This document shows, in pieces, positions 54,241 to 64,000 of a stretch of DNA of 64,000 bases (within the stretch, counting starts at the first letter, position 1; every line of letters begins with the position of its first letter). The notes beneath the pieces were generated by a model, which worked only from the letters and a program-made list of their open reading frames with translations, was not told the origin of the DNA and did no database searches. The stretch is taken from positions 3,392,001 to 3,456,000 of the forward strand of contig OZ219747.1 in NCBI GenBank assembly GCA_964291265.2. The letters run 5' to 3'. The stretch is from Alphaproteobacteria bacterium. Lineage in GTDB: Bacteria; Pseudomonadota; Alphaproteobacteria; SP197. The translations under genes were made by a program, and so were the position numbers.

Positions 54241-54325
54241 TGGTGCGGGCGGAGGGACTTGAACCCCCACGACTTGCGTCACCAGAACCTAAATCTGGCG
54301 TGTCTACCTGTTCCACCACGCCCGC
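54241..54325 (-). tRNA. tRNA-Leu (TAG)
   Basis: 85 nt, long variable arm, ccaga-ttTAGgt-tctgg, encoded CCA. Confidence 0.96.
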
Positions 54326-54411
54326 GCCTTGCGGGCCAGTCCAAGGAAGCCTGCCATTCGTTGCGCACCTCATAGCGACGAAAGTCCGCTGCCGCAAGGG
54401 TGCGTCACAAC

Positions 54412-55884
54412 TCAATGACGCAGATGCCTCAGCACCGGCGCCATGCGCTCGGCAAGGTCCTCGGCCACCAGGCCCGGCGTATCGCGCCCTCCTGCCTCGG
54501 CATGGAGCCAGCATCCCATCATGGCGGCGTCGAGAGCCCGGGTCCCCTGTGCCAGAAGCCCGCCGATGATGCCGGCCAGGACATCGCCCGAACCGGCCGT
54601 AGCCAGAAAGGGCGAACCGTTGGCGTTCACCGCCACCCTTCCGTGCGGGTCGGCAATCGTCGTGTCGGGACCCTTGAGAAGGACGACACACCCCGCCTCG
54701 GCTGCGGCGCAGGCGACATCGCGCAGGCGGTCGCCGGTCGCCTCGAAGAGTCTCCGGAATTCTCCGACGTGTGGCGTCAGAACACAGTGTTCGTGGATCG
54801 CCTCGAGGAAATCCCGGCGATACGCGCGACATGCCGTCAGGGCATCGGCATCGAGAACCAGCGGCTTCCCGCTGGCGAGTGCCGCCATCACGAGGTCGCG
54901 CGTTCCCTCACCCGTGCCCGCACCCGGTCCAAGCACTCCGGCATGGACATGTCCGGCCGCCATCAGCCCGGCGAAGTCCTCGACTCCGGCGAAGGCATGA
55001 TTCATGACCGCCGTGTGATGCGCGGCATGGGCGAGAAGGGCGGCTCGCGGCATGGCGCAGGTGACGAGACCGGCCCCGGCACGCAATCCGGCAGCCGCGG
55101 CAAGCCGTGATGCACCGCCGGACCCGAGACTTCCGCCCAACACGACGAGGTGCCCCCGTGCATGCTTGTGGGCGTCCGGCGACGGCCACGGCCAGCGGTG
55201 TCGCCACAGGGCAGGCGCATTGCAGACGATTCCCGGAGAAACCGCCGTCACGATCGCATCCCCGATGCCGATGTCCGCCACCGTCACGTCGCCGCACAGG
55301 CGTCGTCCGGGCATCAGCACGTGTCCTGGCCTGCGCCGGCAGAACGTCACGGTGGCGCGGGCCGTCACCGCATGGCCCCGGATGCCTCCGCTGTCGCCGT
55401 CCACTCCACTTGGCATGTCGACGGCGATGACGGGTGCACGAAGTCGGGCGAAGAGAGCGCCAAGAGCGGGATCGAGGTCGCGTGCAAGGCCGGCGCCGAA
55501 CAGGGCGTCCACCACGAGGTCCGCATCGTCTGCGCATGCTTCGGTCACGGGCGCGATCTCGCTTGTCCAGAGATCCGCCATCCGGCGGCTGGCGCCTGTC
55601 ATGGCATCGGGCCGCAGTGTACAGACCCGCACCGGCCACCCCCGCTCCGCGAGAATCCGCGCTGCGACGAAACCGTCTCCTCCGTTCCCTCCCGGACCGG
55701 CAAGAACCACGACCCGCCCGGACGGCAGGCGTGTCATCACGGCCTTGGCGACGGCGGCGCCGGCGCGTTCCATGAGCACATCCTCGGCAATCCCGGAGGC
55801 CACGGCACGACGCTCGGCCTCCTGCATTTCGGAGATCGTGAGAAGCGCATGCCGGAGCGCATCCTCCGGCCATGGTCCGCTCAT
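54412..55884 (-). CDS. nnr: Bifunctional NAD(P)H-hydrate epimerase/dehydratase
   Basis: LMERAG, GGNGGDG, DALFGAG, LTPHVGEF, AGSGDVLAG. Confidence 0.94.
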   Translation of the reverse strand: MSGPWPEDALRHALLTISEMQEAERRAVASGIAEDVLMERAGAAVAKAVMTRLPSGRVVVLAGPGGNGGDGFVAARILAERGWPVRVCTLRPDAMTGASRRMADLWTSEIAPVTEACADDADLVVDALFGAGLARDLDPALGALFARLRAPVIAVDMPSGVDGDSGGIRGHAVTARATVTFCRRRPGHVLMPGRRLCGDVTVADIGIGDAIVTAVSPGIVCNAPALWRHRWPWPSPDAHKHARGHLVVLGGSLGSGGASRLAAAAGLRAGAGLVTCAMPRAALLAHAAHHTAVMNHAFAGVEDFAGLMAAGHVHAGVLGPGAGTGEGTRDLVMAALASGKPLVLDADALTACRAYRRDFLEAIHEHCVLTPHVGEFRRLFEATGDRLRDVACAAAEAGCVVLLKGPDTTIADPHGRVAVNANGSPFLATAGSGDVLAGIIGGLLAQGTRALDAAMMGCWLHAEAGGRDTPGLVAEDLAERMAPVLRHLRH

Positions 55885-56558
55885 GTGCGGCCGGTGAAGA
55901 GGTCGACGCGCATGGGCTGTTCGAAGGCATGGCCGGAGGCCGTACGGGCCGCCTCGAACGCCGCCCTTGCGGCAGGCGTGTCGACCGCCTCGCGGGGAAT
56001 GGCATTGTAGCTGCGCGACGTGACCGCGTGGACGAACGCCTCGAAACTCGAAAAGGCGTAGCGGGCGACAAACCGCACGACCTGCCGAGAGAGGAAGGCG
56101 CCCGCGGTCGATGCCGTCAGCACACCCTGTGCCGCGCGCAGTTCCGCGGATTCGTCGTGAAACGGCTTCGCCAGTTCCGTGTAGCTGCCGCCTGCCTCCG
56201 GTTCGAGCACATAGAGAAAGCCGCCGGGTTTGAGAACACGCCTGGCCTCGCCGATCGCACCATTCATGAGGGCGACCGGTACGTGATGCAGGGACTTGCT
56301 GAAGATGACGCCATCGACGCAAGCATCGTCAACCGGCATCGACTCGGCGCCGGCTTCATGGAAGGAAATCGGCCCTTCCGCAAGTTCATCCCGGTTGGCG
56401 GCCGCCTGGACCGGGTCGGGTTCAAGGGCAATGACTTCGGCGCCGCGTTCGGCCAGGGCGCGGGCAAGGCCGCCCTCCCCGCACCCGGCATCGACGACAC
56501 GCTTGCCGGCCACGTCAATGAGCCGGTCCATGACGTCGATGTCGCGCTCGACGATCAT
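55881..56558 (-). CDS. Class I SAM-dependent methyltransferase
   Basis: VVDAGCGEG, SLHHV, ARRVLKPGG. Confidence 0.88.
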   Translation of the reverse strand: MIVERDIDVMDRLIDVAGKRVVDAGCGEGGLARALAERGAEVIALEPDPVQAAANRDELAEGPISFHEAGAESMPVDDACVDGVIFSKSLHHVPVALMNGAIGEARRVLKPGGFLYVLEPEAGGSYTELAKPFHDESAELRAAQGVLTASTAGAFLSRQVVRFVARYAFSSFEAFVHAVTSRSYNAIPREAVDTPAARAAFEAARTASGHAFEQPMRVDLFTGRT

Positions 56559-56594
56559 CGCACGGCCTTGCCGGGGAAGTCCCGGACGGGGAAA

Positions 56595-56671
56595 TGGTCG
56601 GAGCGGCAGGATTTGAACCTGCGACCTACGGTCCCCCAGACCGTTGCGCTACCAGGCTGCGCCACGCTCCG
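56595..56671 (-). tRNA. tRNA-Pro (GGG)
   Basis: acggt-ctGGGgg-accgt anticodon arm, encoded CCA. Confidence 0.95.
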
Positions 56672-56689
56672 AACCGGACCCGACATAGC

Positions 56690-57043
56690 TCAGGTCGCAC
56701 TCGCCAGCAACCGCCGCACCTCTTCGAGCTCCTGCACGGCCTGGCGGATGGTCTTGTGGCCGTCGGTCTCGTGGCGGCCATGGGGTTCGACCGCCGATGA
56801 GCCGCCGAGCAGGCGCAGGGCACCTTCGATCGTGTAGCCTTCCTCATGGAGAAGACGCTTGATCCTCCTGAGGAGGTCCACGTCTTCGGGACGATAGTAT
56901 CGCCTGTTGCCGGTGCTCCTGAACGGTCTGACCTGCGGAAACTTCGACTCCCAGAACCGGAGGACGTGCGTGTCGAGCCCGAGCTCCCTTGCCACCTCGC
57001 CAATGGTACGGAACGCAGTGGCCGCCTTGCTGCCGGAATTCAT
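56690..57043 (-). CDS. MerR family regulator (ihfA-linked)
   Basis: [27 protein letters not shown]. Confidence 0.93.
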   Translation of the reverse strand: MNSGSKAATAFRTIGEVARELGLDTHVLRFWESKFPQVRPFRSTGNRRYYRPEDVDLLRRIKRLLHEEGYTIEGALRLLGGSSAVEPHGRHETDGHKTIRQAVQELEEVRRLLASAT

Positions 57044-57360
57044 GGACCGCTCGAGCCCCGGTCGGCCGGTCCCGAGGCCACCCGGTGTCTCAGACGCCGG
57101 GACGGACGAAACAGCACCACGCGCCGTTCGCTGACCGTGACCTCTTCCAGAGTCTTGAGGTTGCGGCCGATACGCGCCCTCTTGTCACGCAGGCGAAAGC
57201 TGCCGAACGTCGCGATCTTGACGTACTCGCCCCGCACCAGCGCATCGCAGACCTCGTCGATCACGAAGTCCACGACATCGGCCGACTCCCTGAACGAAAG
57301 ACCGACCTTCCGGTGAAGTCTCGTGGCGATGTCGGCTCGTGTCAAGGCCTTGCCAGGCAT
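57040..57360 (-). CDS. ihfA: Integration host factor alpha
   Basis: [27 protein letters not shown]. Confidence 0.93.
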   Translation of the reverse strand: MPGKALTRADIATRLHRKVGLSFRESADVVDFVIDEVCDALVRGEYVKIATFGSFRLRDKRARIGRNLKTLEEVTVSERRVVLFRPSRRLRHRVASGPADRGSSGP

Positions 57361-57441
57361 CCAGCGGTTCTCCCCTGCGTTGCTGCAACCCACTCTACCG
57401 GGACGACATGACAACTGCAACCGGTTGAAAGCCATGGCATT

Positions 57442-58452
57442 TCAACGTACCGCCTCGCCTGCTGCGGAAGCTTCCCTGCGGGATGGGGCCGACCACCTCA
57501 CGAGTGCCGCCCCCCATGTGAAACCGCCGCCCATCGCTTCGATGAGCACCAGGTCTCCGGGGGAAATGCGTCCGTCCGCCGTGGCCTCGGCAAGGGCCAG
57601 CGGAATGGACGCGGCAGAGGTGTTGGCGTGGCGGTCGATGGTGACGATGACCCTGTCGGGCGCCAGGCCAAGCTTGCGCGTCGTCGCGTCGATGATCCGG
57701 CGGTTTGCCTGATGCGGCACCAGCCAGTCCACTGCCGACGCCTCGACTCCGTTGGCCACAAGGGCCTCCTCGACGACTTGCGTCAACCTTCGCGTGGCAT
57801 GGCGAAACACCTCGCGCCCGTTCATCTTCAGATGACCGACGTGACGCGTCGCCGATGGTCCGCCGTCCACATGCAGCATGTCCCGGTAGCGGCCATCGGA
57901 ATGCAGATGGGTCGACAGAACGCCGCAGTCTCCGGCAGCCGCCTCGAGGACGACGGCGCCGGCGCCGTCCCCGAACAGCACGCAGGTGCTGCGGTCGTCC
58001 CAGTCGAGGATGCGCGAGAATGTCTCGGCGCCGACGAGCAGCACCCTGTCGGCCTGACCCAGACGAATGAAGTTGTCGGCAACGGCAAGGCCGTAGACGA
58101 ATCCCGTGCATACGGCGTGAACGTCAAAGGCAAAGCCACGGGCCATGCCGAGCAAGGCCTGGACTTGTGTGGCCGTCGCCGGAAAGGTGTAATCGGGTGT
58201 TGCCGTAGCCAGCACGATGCAGTCGATGTCGGCCACACAGAGCCCGCCCCGGGCCAGGGCCTGCCTCGCGGCATGGCAGGCAAGGTCGGAGGTCGTCTCC
58301 CCCTCGGCAGCGACATGGCGCTGCATGATGCCCGTGCGTTCGCGTATCCAGGCGTCCGAGGTGTCGAGGCGGTCGGCGAGTTCCTGATTGGTGATGCGGC
58401 GCTCGGGCAGATAGGACCCTGCGGCGACAACGGCGGACCGGCGGTCGATCAC
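57442..58452 (-). CDS. fabH: 3-oxoacyl-ACP synthase III
   Basis: [26 protein letters not shown]. Confidence 0.97.
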   Translation of the reverse strand: MIDRRSAVVAAGSYLPERRITNQELADRLDTSDAWIRERTGIMQRHVAAEGETTSDLACHAARQALARGGLCVADIDCIVLATATPDYTFPATATQVQALLGMARGFAFDVHAVCTGFVYGLAVADNFIRLGQADRVLLVGAETFSRILDWDDRSTCVLFGDGAGAVVLEAAAGDCGVLSTHLHSDGRYRDMLHVDGGPSATRHVGHLKMNGREVFRHATRRLTQVVEEALVANGVEASAVDWLVPHQANRRIIDATTRKLGLAPDRVIVTIDRHANTSAASIPLALAEATADGRISPGDLVLIEAMGGGFTWGAALVRWSAPSRREASAAGEAVR

Positions 58453-59498
58453 TTGAAGGCGGCTCCGCCGAGCGGGATCGTCCCGTTCGCCATGTTCCGG
58501 AGATCGAGAATCACCTTGTCGTTGAATCCCTCGGTCATCATGTCCAGGGCAAAACCGATGGCGTTGGCGAAACCCCTGGCATCGGTGCCGCCGTGGCTCT
58601 TGACCGCCACGCCGTTGAGGCCGAGAAACATGCCTCCGTTGTAACGTCGGGGATCGACCCTGTTCCTGAGCGCCATCAGGGCGGGCTTGGCCAGCAGATA
58701 ACCCAGCTTGGAAAAGACGGAGCGGCGGAAGGTCGCGCGCAGGAACCCGGTGTAGAGATTGGCGGTTCCCTCGAACGTCTTGAGTGCGATGTTTCCCGAA
58801 AAACCGTCGGCGACGACGACATCGACGGTGCCTTCGGTGATGTCGTTGCCCTCGATGAAGCCGTGGAACCTGAGTGGCAGGCTGGTAGACTTGAGCATCT
58901 CGGCGGCCCGGCGGATTTCGCCATGCCCCTTTGCTTCCTCGCTGCCGACGTTGAGCAGGCCGACGGTCGGCTCGCTGAGCCCCTGGACGCTGCGCGCGAA
59001 TGCCGCCCCCATGATGGCGAACTGGACGAGATCGTCGGCGTCGCATTCGATGTTCGCGCCCAGGTCGAGCATGACCGACTGACCACGCAGTGTCGGATAG
59101 GTCGAGGCGATGGCCGGGCGGCGGATGCCCGGAAGGGTTCTCAGGACCAGCTTGGCCATCGCCATCATGGCTCCGGTGTTGCCGGCCGACACCACGCCCG
59201 CAGCCCGCCCCGAACGTACGTCGTCGATGGCCAGCTTCATGCTGGAACCCGCACCCTGGCGCAGCGCCAGGGACGGCTTCATGTCGGACTCGATCACCAC
59301 GTCCGCGGGCACGATTTCCGAGACATGGGCCAGTTTCGGAAATCGGCGCAGGATCTTTCCGATCCGGTCCGGCTTGCCGACCAGGCGAAAACGGGCATCA
59401 GGAAAGCGCTTCATGGCCATGCTGGCGCCGGCCACCACGATTCCGGGAGCCCGGTCGCCTCCCATGGCATCAAGGGCAAGGACCTTGGAAGCGGTCAT
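58449..59498 (-). CDS. plsX: Phosphate acyltransferase
   Basis: [30 protein letters not shown]. Confidence 0.97.
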   Translation of the reverse strand: MTASKVLALDAMGGDRAPGIVVAGASMAMKRFPDARFRLVGKPDRIGKILRRFPKLAHVSEIVPADVVIESDMKPSLALRQGAGSSMKLAIDDVRSGRAAGVVSAGNTGAMMAMAKLVLRTLPGIRRPAIASTYPTLRGQSVMLDLGANIECDADDLVQFAIMGAAFARSVQGLSEPTVGLLNVGSEEAKGHGEIRRAAEMLKSTSLPLRFHGFIEGNDITEGTVDVVVADGFSGNIALKTFEGTANLYTGFLRATFRRSVFSKLGYLLAKPALMALRNRVDPRRYNGGMFLGLNGVAVKSHGGTDARGFANAIGFALDMMTEGFNDKVILDLRNMANGTIPLGGAAFK

Positions 59499-59519
59499 CA
59501 GCGAGGCATGCAGTCGGAC

Positions 59520-59705
59520 TCAGTAAGCCTGTCGGGGTTCCGTCACCGGACGGTCACGGTAGTAGCCGCAGAACCTGCACACGTGGTGGGGAAGCTTGAT
59601 TTCACCGCAATTGGGGCATTCGACCGTACCGACGACGCCCGGGCCGCTGTGGGACCGGCGTTGACCGCGCCGGGAACGGGACACCTTCTTCTTGGGAACC
59701 GCCAT
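59520..59705 (-). CDS. rpmF: 50S ribosomal protein L32
   Basis: MAVPKKKVSRSRR, CPNC...HHVCRFCG. Confidence 0.96.
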   Translation of the reverse strand: MAVPKKKVSRSRRGQRRSHSGPGVVGTVECPNCGEIKLPHHVCRFCGYYRDRPVTEPRQAY

Positions 59706-59774
59706 GACGTGCACCCTCGACGCGCTTGGAGACCGGCGAACTCTATAATCGGGTTTTGCCGGGAGAACAACTGC

Positions 59775-60299
59775 TCAGTCATCTCCCTTGAGGGACCTCA
59801 GGACGGCGAAGGGCGACGCGTGGCGGGACTGGACGGCGACAAGGTCGCGGTCGACCTCGGCGCCCGGCTTGCGCGGCCACGGATCGAGGGCAAGCGCCAT
59901 CATTTCACAGACCGCAGCCCCGACATCGACGGTTTCATCCACAAGGGGTTCGGGCGGGTCGTCGTCGGTCACGCAAAGAAGTTCGTCGAACTCGCCGCCT
60001 GGCCTGACGTCAGGGTCGTAGATCAGGGTGAACTCCTCGTCCAGTGTGGTGTCAAGGTCGTCGAGGGTGACGACACAGGCCTGCACGACGTCGGCGCGAA
60101 CGTGGACATCGGAACGAACCTGGCGGCCGCGGCGGGTCAGCGCGACATCAGCCTGGAGACGGCGCACGGCAACGGTTCCGAGAAACCGCGCCAGGCGATC
60201 GCATTCTTCCGGCGTCGCCTCGACATGCTCGCAGAGGATGCTGCCATCACCAAGACGGCTCACGTCGAAGGACCGCGAGAAAGGGTGGACCTGCATCAA
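59775..60299 (-). CDS. YceD/DUF177 family protein
   Basis: QACVVTL, LALDPWPRKPG, SPFAVL; upstream of rpmF. Confidence 0.9.
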   Translation of the reverse strand: MMQVHPFSRSFDVSRLGDGSILCEHVEATPEECDRLARFLGTVAVRRLQADVALTRRGRQVRSDVHVRADVVQACVVTLDDLDTTLDEEFTLIYDPDVRPGGEFDELLCVTDDDPPEPLVDETVDVGAAVCEMMALALDPWPRKPGAEVDRDLVAVQSRHASPFAVLRSLKGDD

Positions 60300-60850
60300 T
60301 CGTCCTCCGTGCGCGTGAAGTCGATACGGCCGGTGACCACACGATCAATCTCCATGCCGTCGAGGTGCGTCGCCTGGCGGCGCACGTAGCAGGCCAATCG
60401 ACTGACCGTCTCCGCCTCGACGGATACCGTGCCGTAGACATTCCGTTCCAGCACCTCATCGAGAGTGTCCGGCACGGCGGCCGCCAGGGCTTCGTCAAGG
60501 GCGCGGGCCCGCCCGAAATAGGCCTCTGCCATCCGCCGGACCCGCGAGCCGACCTTGAGATCGCCGACACCGGCTTCACGCAATGCCCGATCGAGATCGG
60601 CAAACACGAGGTCGAAGAGTTCCTGTGCCGCGTTGCCGCCATCGACACCGCCGGACCTCAGTCGACGCATCACGAGGAGCACATGCAACACGAGAAACTC
60701 GAAACGGCCATCGATGGTATCGGGAATGGCATGACGGCGGAAGAGGACGGGTGTGCGAGCCTGAGCCACGATGGCGTCGTGGAGGAGATGGGCGCGCTCG
60801 CTGAAACGGGAGCGATTGAAGGGGCGTCGCAGTGCTTTCCAGATGACCAT
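60296..60850 (-). CDS. Ubiquinol-cytochrome c chaperone (Cbp3-like)
   Basis: PDTIDGRFE, DRALREAGVGDL, AYFGR. Confidence 0.9.
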   Translation of the reverse strand: MVIWKALRRPFNRSRFSERAHLLHDAIVAQARTPVLFRRHAIPDTIDGRFEFLVLHVLLVMRRLRSGGVDGGNAAQELFDLVFADLDRALREAGVGDLKVGSRVRRMAEAYFGRARALDEALAAAVPDTLDEVLERNVYGTVSVEAETVSRLACYVRRQATHLDGMEIDRVVTGRIDFTRTEDD

Positions 60851-60913
60851 GTCTGCAGGATTGACTTGCCTTGCCTTTCGTGGCCTCAATACGTCCATGA
60901 ACCGGTCCGGTCA

Positions 60914-61381
60914 ATGAAGCCCACGCGACTTGCGATCATCGCAGCTCCAGTCATCATCGCCACGGTGCTCGCGGCGTGCGAGCCGCGCGTCTCGAGGCAT
61001 GGCCAGGTGCTGGATCAGGAGACCGTGGCCGGGATCGAGCCTGGCGTTGACCACAGGACCGAGGTGACACGCAGGCTGGGTACGCCGTCGTCACGTTCGC
61101 TGTTTGGCGACGAGACGTGGTTCTACATCAGTCAGTACCGGACCACGTCCGTTCTCTCCCTTCCCGAAACCGAATCGCAGACCGTTGTCGCCATCGCCTT
61201 TGATTCGTCGGGAATCGTCGAGGAGGTCGCCATGCTGACGATCGAGGACGGCATCGTCATCGATCCCGTTTCCAGCACCACACCAACGCACGGGCGCGAC
61301 CTCGGCCTCCTCGAACAGCTGCTCGGCAACATCGGTCGCTTCGACTCTCCCGGAACCACGGCCCAGTTCCCCACGCCCTGA
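60914..61381 (+). CDS. bamE: Outer membrane assembly lipoprotein BamE
   Basis: Lipobox LAAC, LGTPS, WFYIS, QLLGNIGRF. Confidence 0.9.
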   Translation: MKPTRLAIIAAPVIIATVLAACEPRVSRHGQVLDQETVAGIEPGVDHRTEVTRRLGTPSSRSLFGDETWFYISQYRTTSVLSLPETESQTVVAIAFDSSGIVEEVAMLTIEDGIVIDPVSSTTPTHGRDLGLLEQLLGNIGRFDSPGTTAQFPTP

Positions 61382-61612
61382 GCCATCCTGGCCGAAGGGA
61401 CCGCAAGGGATCCGGCGCAGGAAACCCGACCTGTTCCCGGCCGCCTGAGTCCTCTTCGGGGATCGCGGCAGCCTCCGCCCGTCCCGGCGTATCGAAGCAT
61501 CGTCGGTGACGTTCCAAGCCCTCCCCTGCCCTGCGGCCGGAAGCGGGACGACAACTCCGGAACGCTCGACCGCGTCCTCGGGCTGATGCTTGAGCGTTCC
61601 GCGGTGACCGTG

Positions 61613-63694
61613 TCAGGACCAGCCGCCGAGCGTGGCAAGAAGCAGCAGGGCGACGATGTTGATGATCTTGATCATCGGATTGACCGCAGGACCTGCCGTG
61701 TCCTTGTAGGGATCGCCGACGGTGTCACCGGTCACGGCAGCATGGTGGGCCTCCGATCCCTTGCCTCCGTGATGGCCGTCCTCGATGTACTTCTTGGCAT
61801 TGTCCCAGGCCCCGCCACCCGAGGTCATGGACAGCGCCACGAAGAGCCCTGTCACGATGGTGCCCAGGAGCATCGCGCCGAGTGATGCAAAGGCCGCCAC
61901 CTCGCCCGCGATCGCCCGGATGACGAGCCACAGCAGGATCGGCGCCAGGACCGGCAGCAGCGAGGGAATGATCATCTCGCGGATAGCCGCCTTCGTCAGC
62001 ATGTCGACAGCCCGGCTGTAGTCAGGCCTCGCCGTGCCTTCCATGATGCCGGCGATCTCGCGGAACTGACGCCTGACCTCCTCCACCACGGAGCCTGCGG
62101 CGCGGCCGACCGCCTGCATCGCCAGGGAGCCGAAGAGGTAGGGCAGCAATCCGCCGATGAAGAGGCCGACCACCACGAAGGGGTCGCTGAGACGGAACGT
62201 GACGTCGAGGTCCGGGAAGTAGTGCGAGAGATCTTCGACATAGGCAGCAAACAGGACGAGCGCCGCCAGCCCGGCCGAGCCGATGGCGTAGCCCTTGGTC
62301 ACGGCCTTGGTCGTGTTGCCGACGGCATCGAGCGCATCGGTCGTCAGGCGCACATCCTCCGGCAGTTCGGCCATCTCGGCGATGCCGCCCGCATTGTCCG
62401 TGACCGGTCCGTAGGCATCGAGGGTGACCACGACTCCGGCCAGGGCCAGCATGGTGGTCACGGCGATGGCGATTCCGAACAGGCCGGCAATCAGGTAGCC
62501 AACGACGATACCGGCCGCGATGACGATCACCGGCGCGGCGGTGGCTTCCATCGACAGCGCCAGGCCCTGGATGATGTTGGTGCCGTGCCCCGTTGTCGAG
62601 GCTTTCGCGATGACCCTCACGGGCCGGTACTCTGTCGAGGTGTAGTACTCCGTGATGACGATCAGCAGGCCCGTGATGACAAGGCCGAGGATGCCGCACC
62701 AGAACATGTCCCAGCCGGTGAAGGAGGTGTCGGCGACGGTGAACTCGCTGTCGAGACCGATCACCCAGTCGGTCACCGGAATGAACAGCAGCGCGGACAT
62801 CACCGAGGTCACGATGAATCCCCTGTAGAGCGCCCACATGATGTTGCCGCCACGGCCCAGTTTCATGAAGAAGCTGCCCAGCACCGTACCCAGGATGCAG
62901 GCGCCTCCCAGGACCAGAGGGAAGACCATCATGCTCGCTTCCTGCGCTCCGTCGAAGAAGATGGTGCCGAGGAGAATGGTCGCGACGAAGGTGACGGCAT
63001 AGGTCTCGAAGAGGTCGGCGGCCATGCCGGCGCAATCGCCGACATTGTCGCCGACGTTGTCGGCAATCACGGCCGGATTGCGGGGATCGTCCTCGGGGAT
63101 GCCGGCTTCGACCTTGCCCACGAGATCGGCGCCGACATCCGCACCCTTGGTGAAGATGCCGCCGCCCAGGCGGGCAAAGATCGAAATCAGGGACCCGCCG
63201 AAGCCAAGGGCGACCAGGGCCTCGACGACCTCGCGTTGCGCCACGCCAAGCTCGAGCAGGACGAGAAAGTAGACGGCGACGCCAAGGAGGCCAAGGCCGA
63301 CAACCAGGATCCCCGTGACCGTGCCCGCATTGACGGCAACCGACAGCGCCCGCGCGAGGCTCTCGCGGGCCGCTTCGGCGGTTCTCACGTTGGCGCGCAC
63401 CGACACCAGCATTCCCGTGTAGCCCGCGGCCCCCGACAGAATGGCGCCAATGGCAAAGCCGATGGCCTGGCTGGCGCCCAGCGCCGCCAGAAGCAGCAAG
63501 AAGATCGCGACGCCAACGATGGCGACCGAGAGGTACTGCCTGTTGAGATAGGCCTGCGCGCCTTCCTGAATGGCGGCGGCAATGCCCTGCATCCGCTCGC
63601 TGCCCGCGCTCTGCGCCATGACCTTGCGGATGGCCAGCAATCCATAGAGAACTGCCACGACGCCACAGGCGATGGCAAAGTAAAGGGAATCCAT
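61613..63694 (-). CDS. hppA: Membrane proton-translocating pyrophosphatase
   Basis: [44 protein letters not shown]. Confidence 0.97.
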   Translation of the reverse strand: MDSLYFAIACGVVAVLYGLLAIRKVMAQSAGSERMQGIAAAIQEGAQAYLNRQYLSVAIVGVAIFLLLLAALGASQAIGFAIGAILSGAAGYTGMLVSVRANVRTAEAARESLARALSVAVNAGTVTGILVVGLGLLGVAVYFLVLLELGVAQREVVEALVALGFGGSLISIFARLGGGIFTKGADVGADLVGKVEAGIPEDDPRNPAVIADNVGDNVGDCAGMAADLFETYAVTFVATILLGTIFFDGAQEASMMVFPLVLGGACILGTVLGSFFMKLGRGGNIMWALYRGFIVTSVMSALLFIPVTDWVIGLDSEFTVADTSFTGWDMFWCGILGLVITGLLIVITEYYTSTEYRPVRVIAKASTTGHGTNIIQGLALSMEATAAPVIVIAAGIVVGYLIAGLFGIAIAVTTMLALAGVVVTLDAYGPVTDNAGGIAEMAELPEDVRLTTDALDAVGNTTKAVTKGYAIGSAGLAALVLFAAYVEDLSHYFPDLDVTFRLSDPFVVVGLFIGGLLPYLFGSLAMQAVGRAAGSVVEEVRRQFREIAGIMEGTARPDYSRAVDMLTKAAIREMIIPSLLPVLAPILLWLVIRAIAGEVAAFASLGAMLLGTIVTGLFVALSMTSGGGAWDNAKKYIEDGHHGGKGSEAHHAAVTGDTVGDPYKDTAGPAVNPMIKIINIVALLLLATLGGWS

Positions 63695-63822
63695 CGTTGC
63701 CTTGCTCCCTGACGAGAAGTCCGGCCGGAACGTTCCTGAGGCGCAGCGCCGGGTCCGGCCGTTCACCGACGCTGTCCGCGCATTCAGGAAGGAGGGCTTA
63801 TAGACAGATCACGCAGGCGAAT

Positions 63823-64000
63823 TCAACGACCCTGATCCATGGCGCCCGTCGTCAGGACGTTGTGGCGCCATCCGCGACCAACGACGTCGACCGGTGAGCC
63901 CCCATCATCGAGAAGGGTGACACCGGAACCGCTGCGGCAGCGTCCGATCGCCGTCAGGCGGGTTCCGCATCGCCGGGCGATGACGCCGGCACGGGGCATG
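63823..64000 (-). CDS. thiL: Probable thiamine-monophosphate kinase, 3' end
   Basis: LTAIGRCRSGSGVTLLDDGG...GWRH resembles the ThiL C-terminus; thiL often precedes hppA. Confidence 0.6.
   Translation of the reverse strand, partial: MPRAGVIARRCGTRLTAIGRCRSGSGVTLLDDGGSPVDVVGRGWRHNVLTTGAMDQGR

Noticed and set aside
61382-61612. Possible ncRNA between convergent bamE and hppA
   Set aside because: No recognisable motif, repeat or convincing stem found by eye

Overview
GC-rich alphaproteobacterial chromosome segment, mostly conserved core genes on the minus strand: thiL(partial)-hppA, bamE (plus strand), yceD-rpmF-plsX-fabH-ihfA-merR-tRNA-Pro, methyltransferase-nnr, tRNA-Leu-tig-clpP-clpX-lon-HU, tRNA-Val/tRNA-Asp, nuoA-N-birA-coaX-rnj-mce, tag-proS-lolE-lolD, dnaE, rpsB-tsf-pyrH-frr-uppS-cdsA-dxr-rseP-bamA-skp-lpxD(partial). 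Three places depart from this backbone. (1) A ~10.5 kb accessory island between lolD and dnaE. It holds IS relics, a 182-bp MITE with a perfect 10-bp target duplication, two DUF1640/CCDC90-like coiled-coil membrane genes with repeat-variable stalks and apparently leaderless promoters, and decayed helicase/DUF559 remnants. It also holds an intact four-gene module (secreted trypsin-like protease, secreted 10-repeat Asp/Cys-rich protein, response regulator, sensor kinase) with a shared direct-repeat motif upstream of both secreted genes. (2) A 594-bp cassette between clpX and lon, made of a second copy of the MITE plus a third DUF1640-like gene, closed by an extra inverted repeat and a near-TSD. 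(3) A 4 x 124-bp tandem amplification of the birA 3' end whose copies differ almost only at birA third codon positions and form a chain of overlapping mini-ORFs leading into coaX. All family calls are by motif recognition; no database searches were run.
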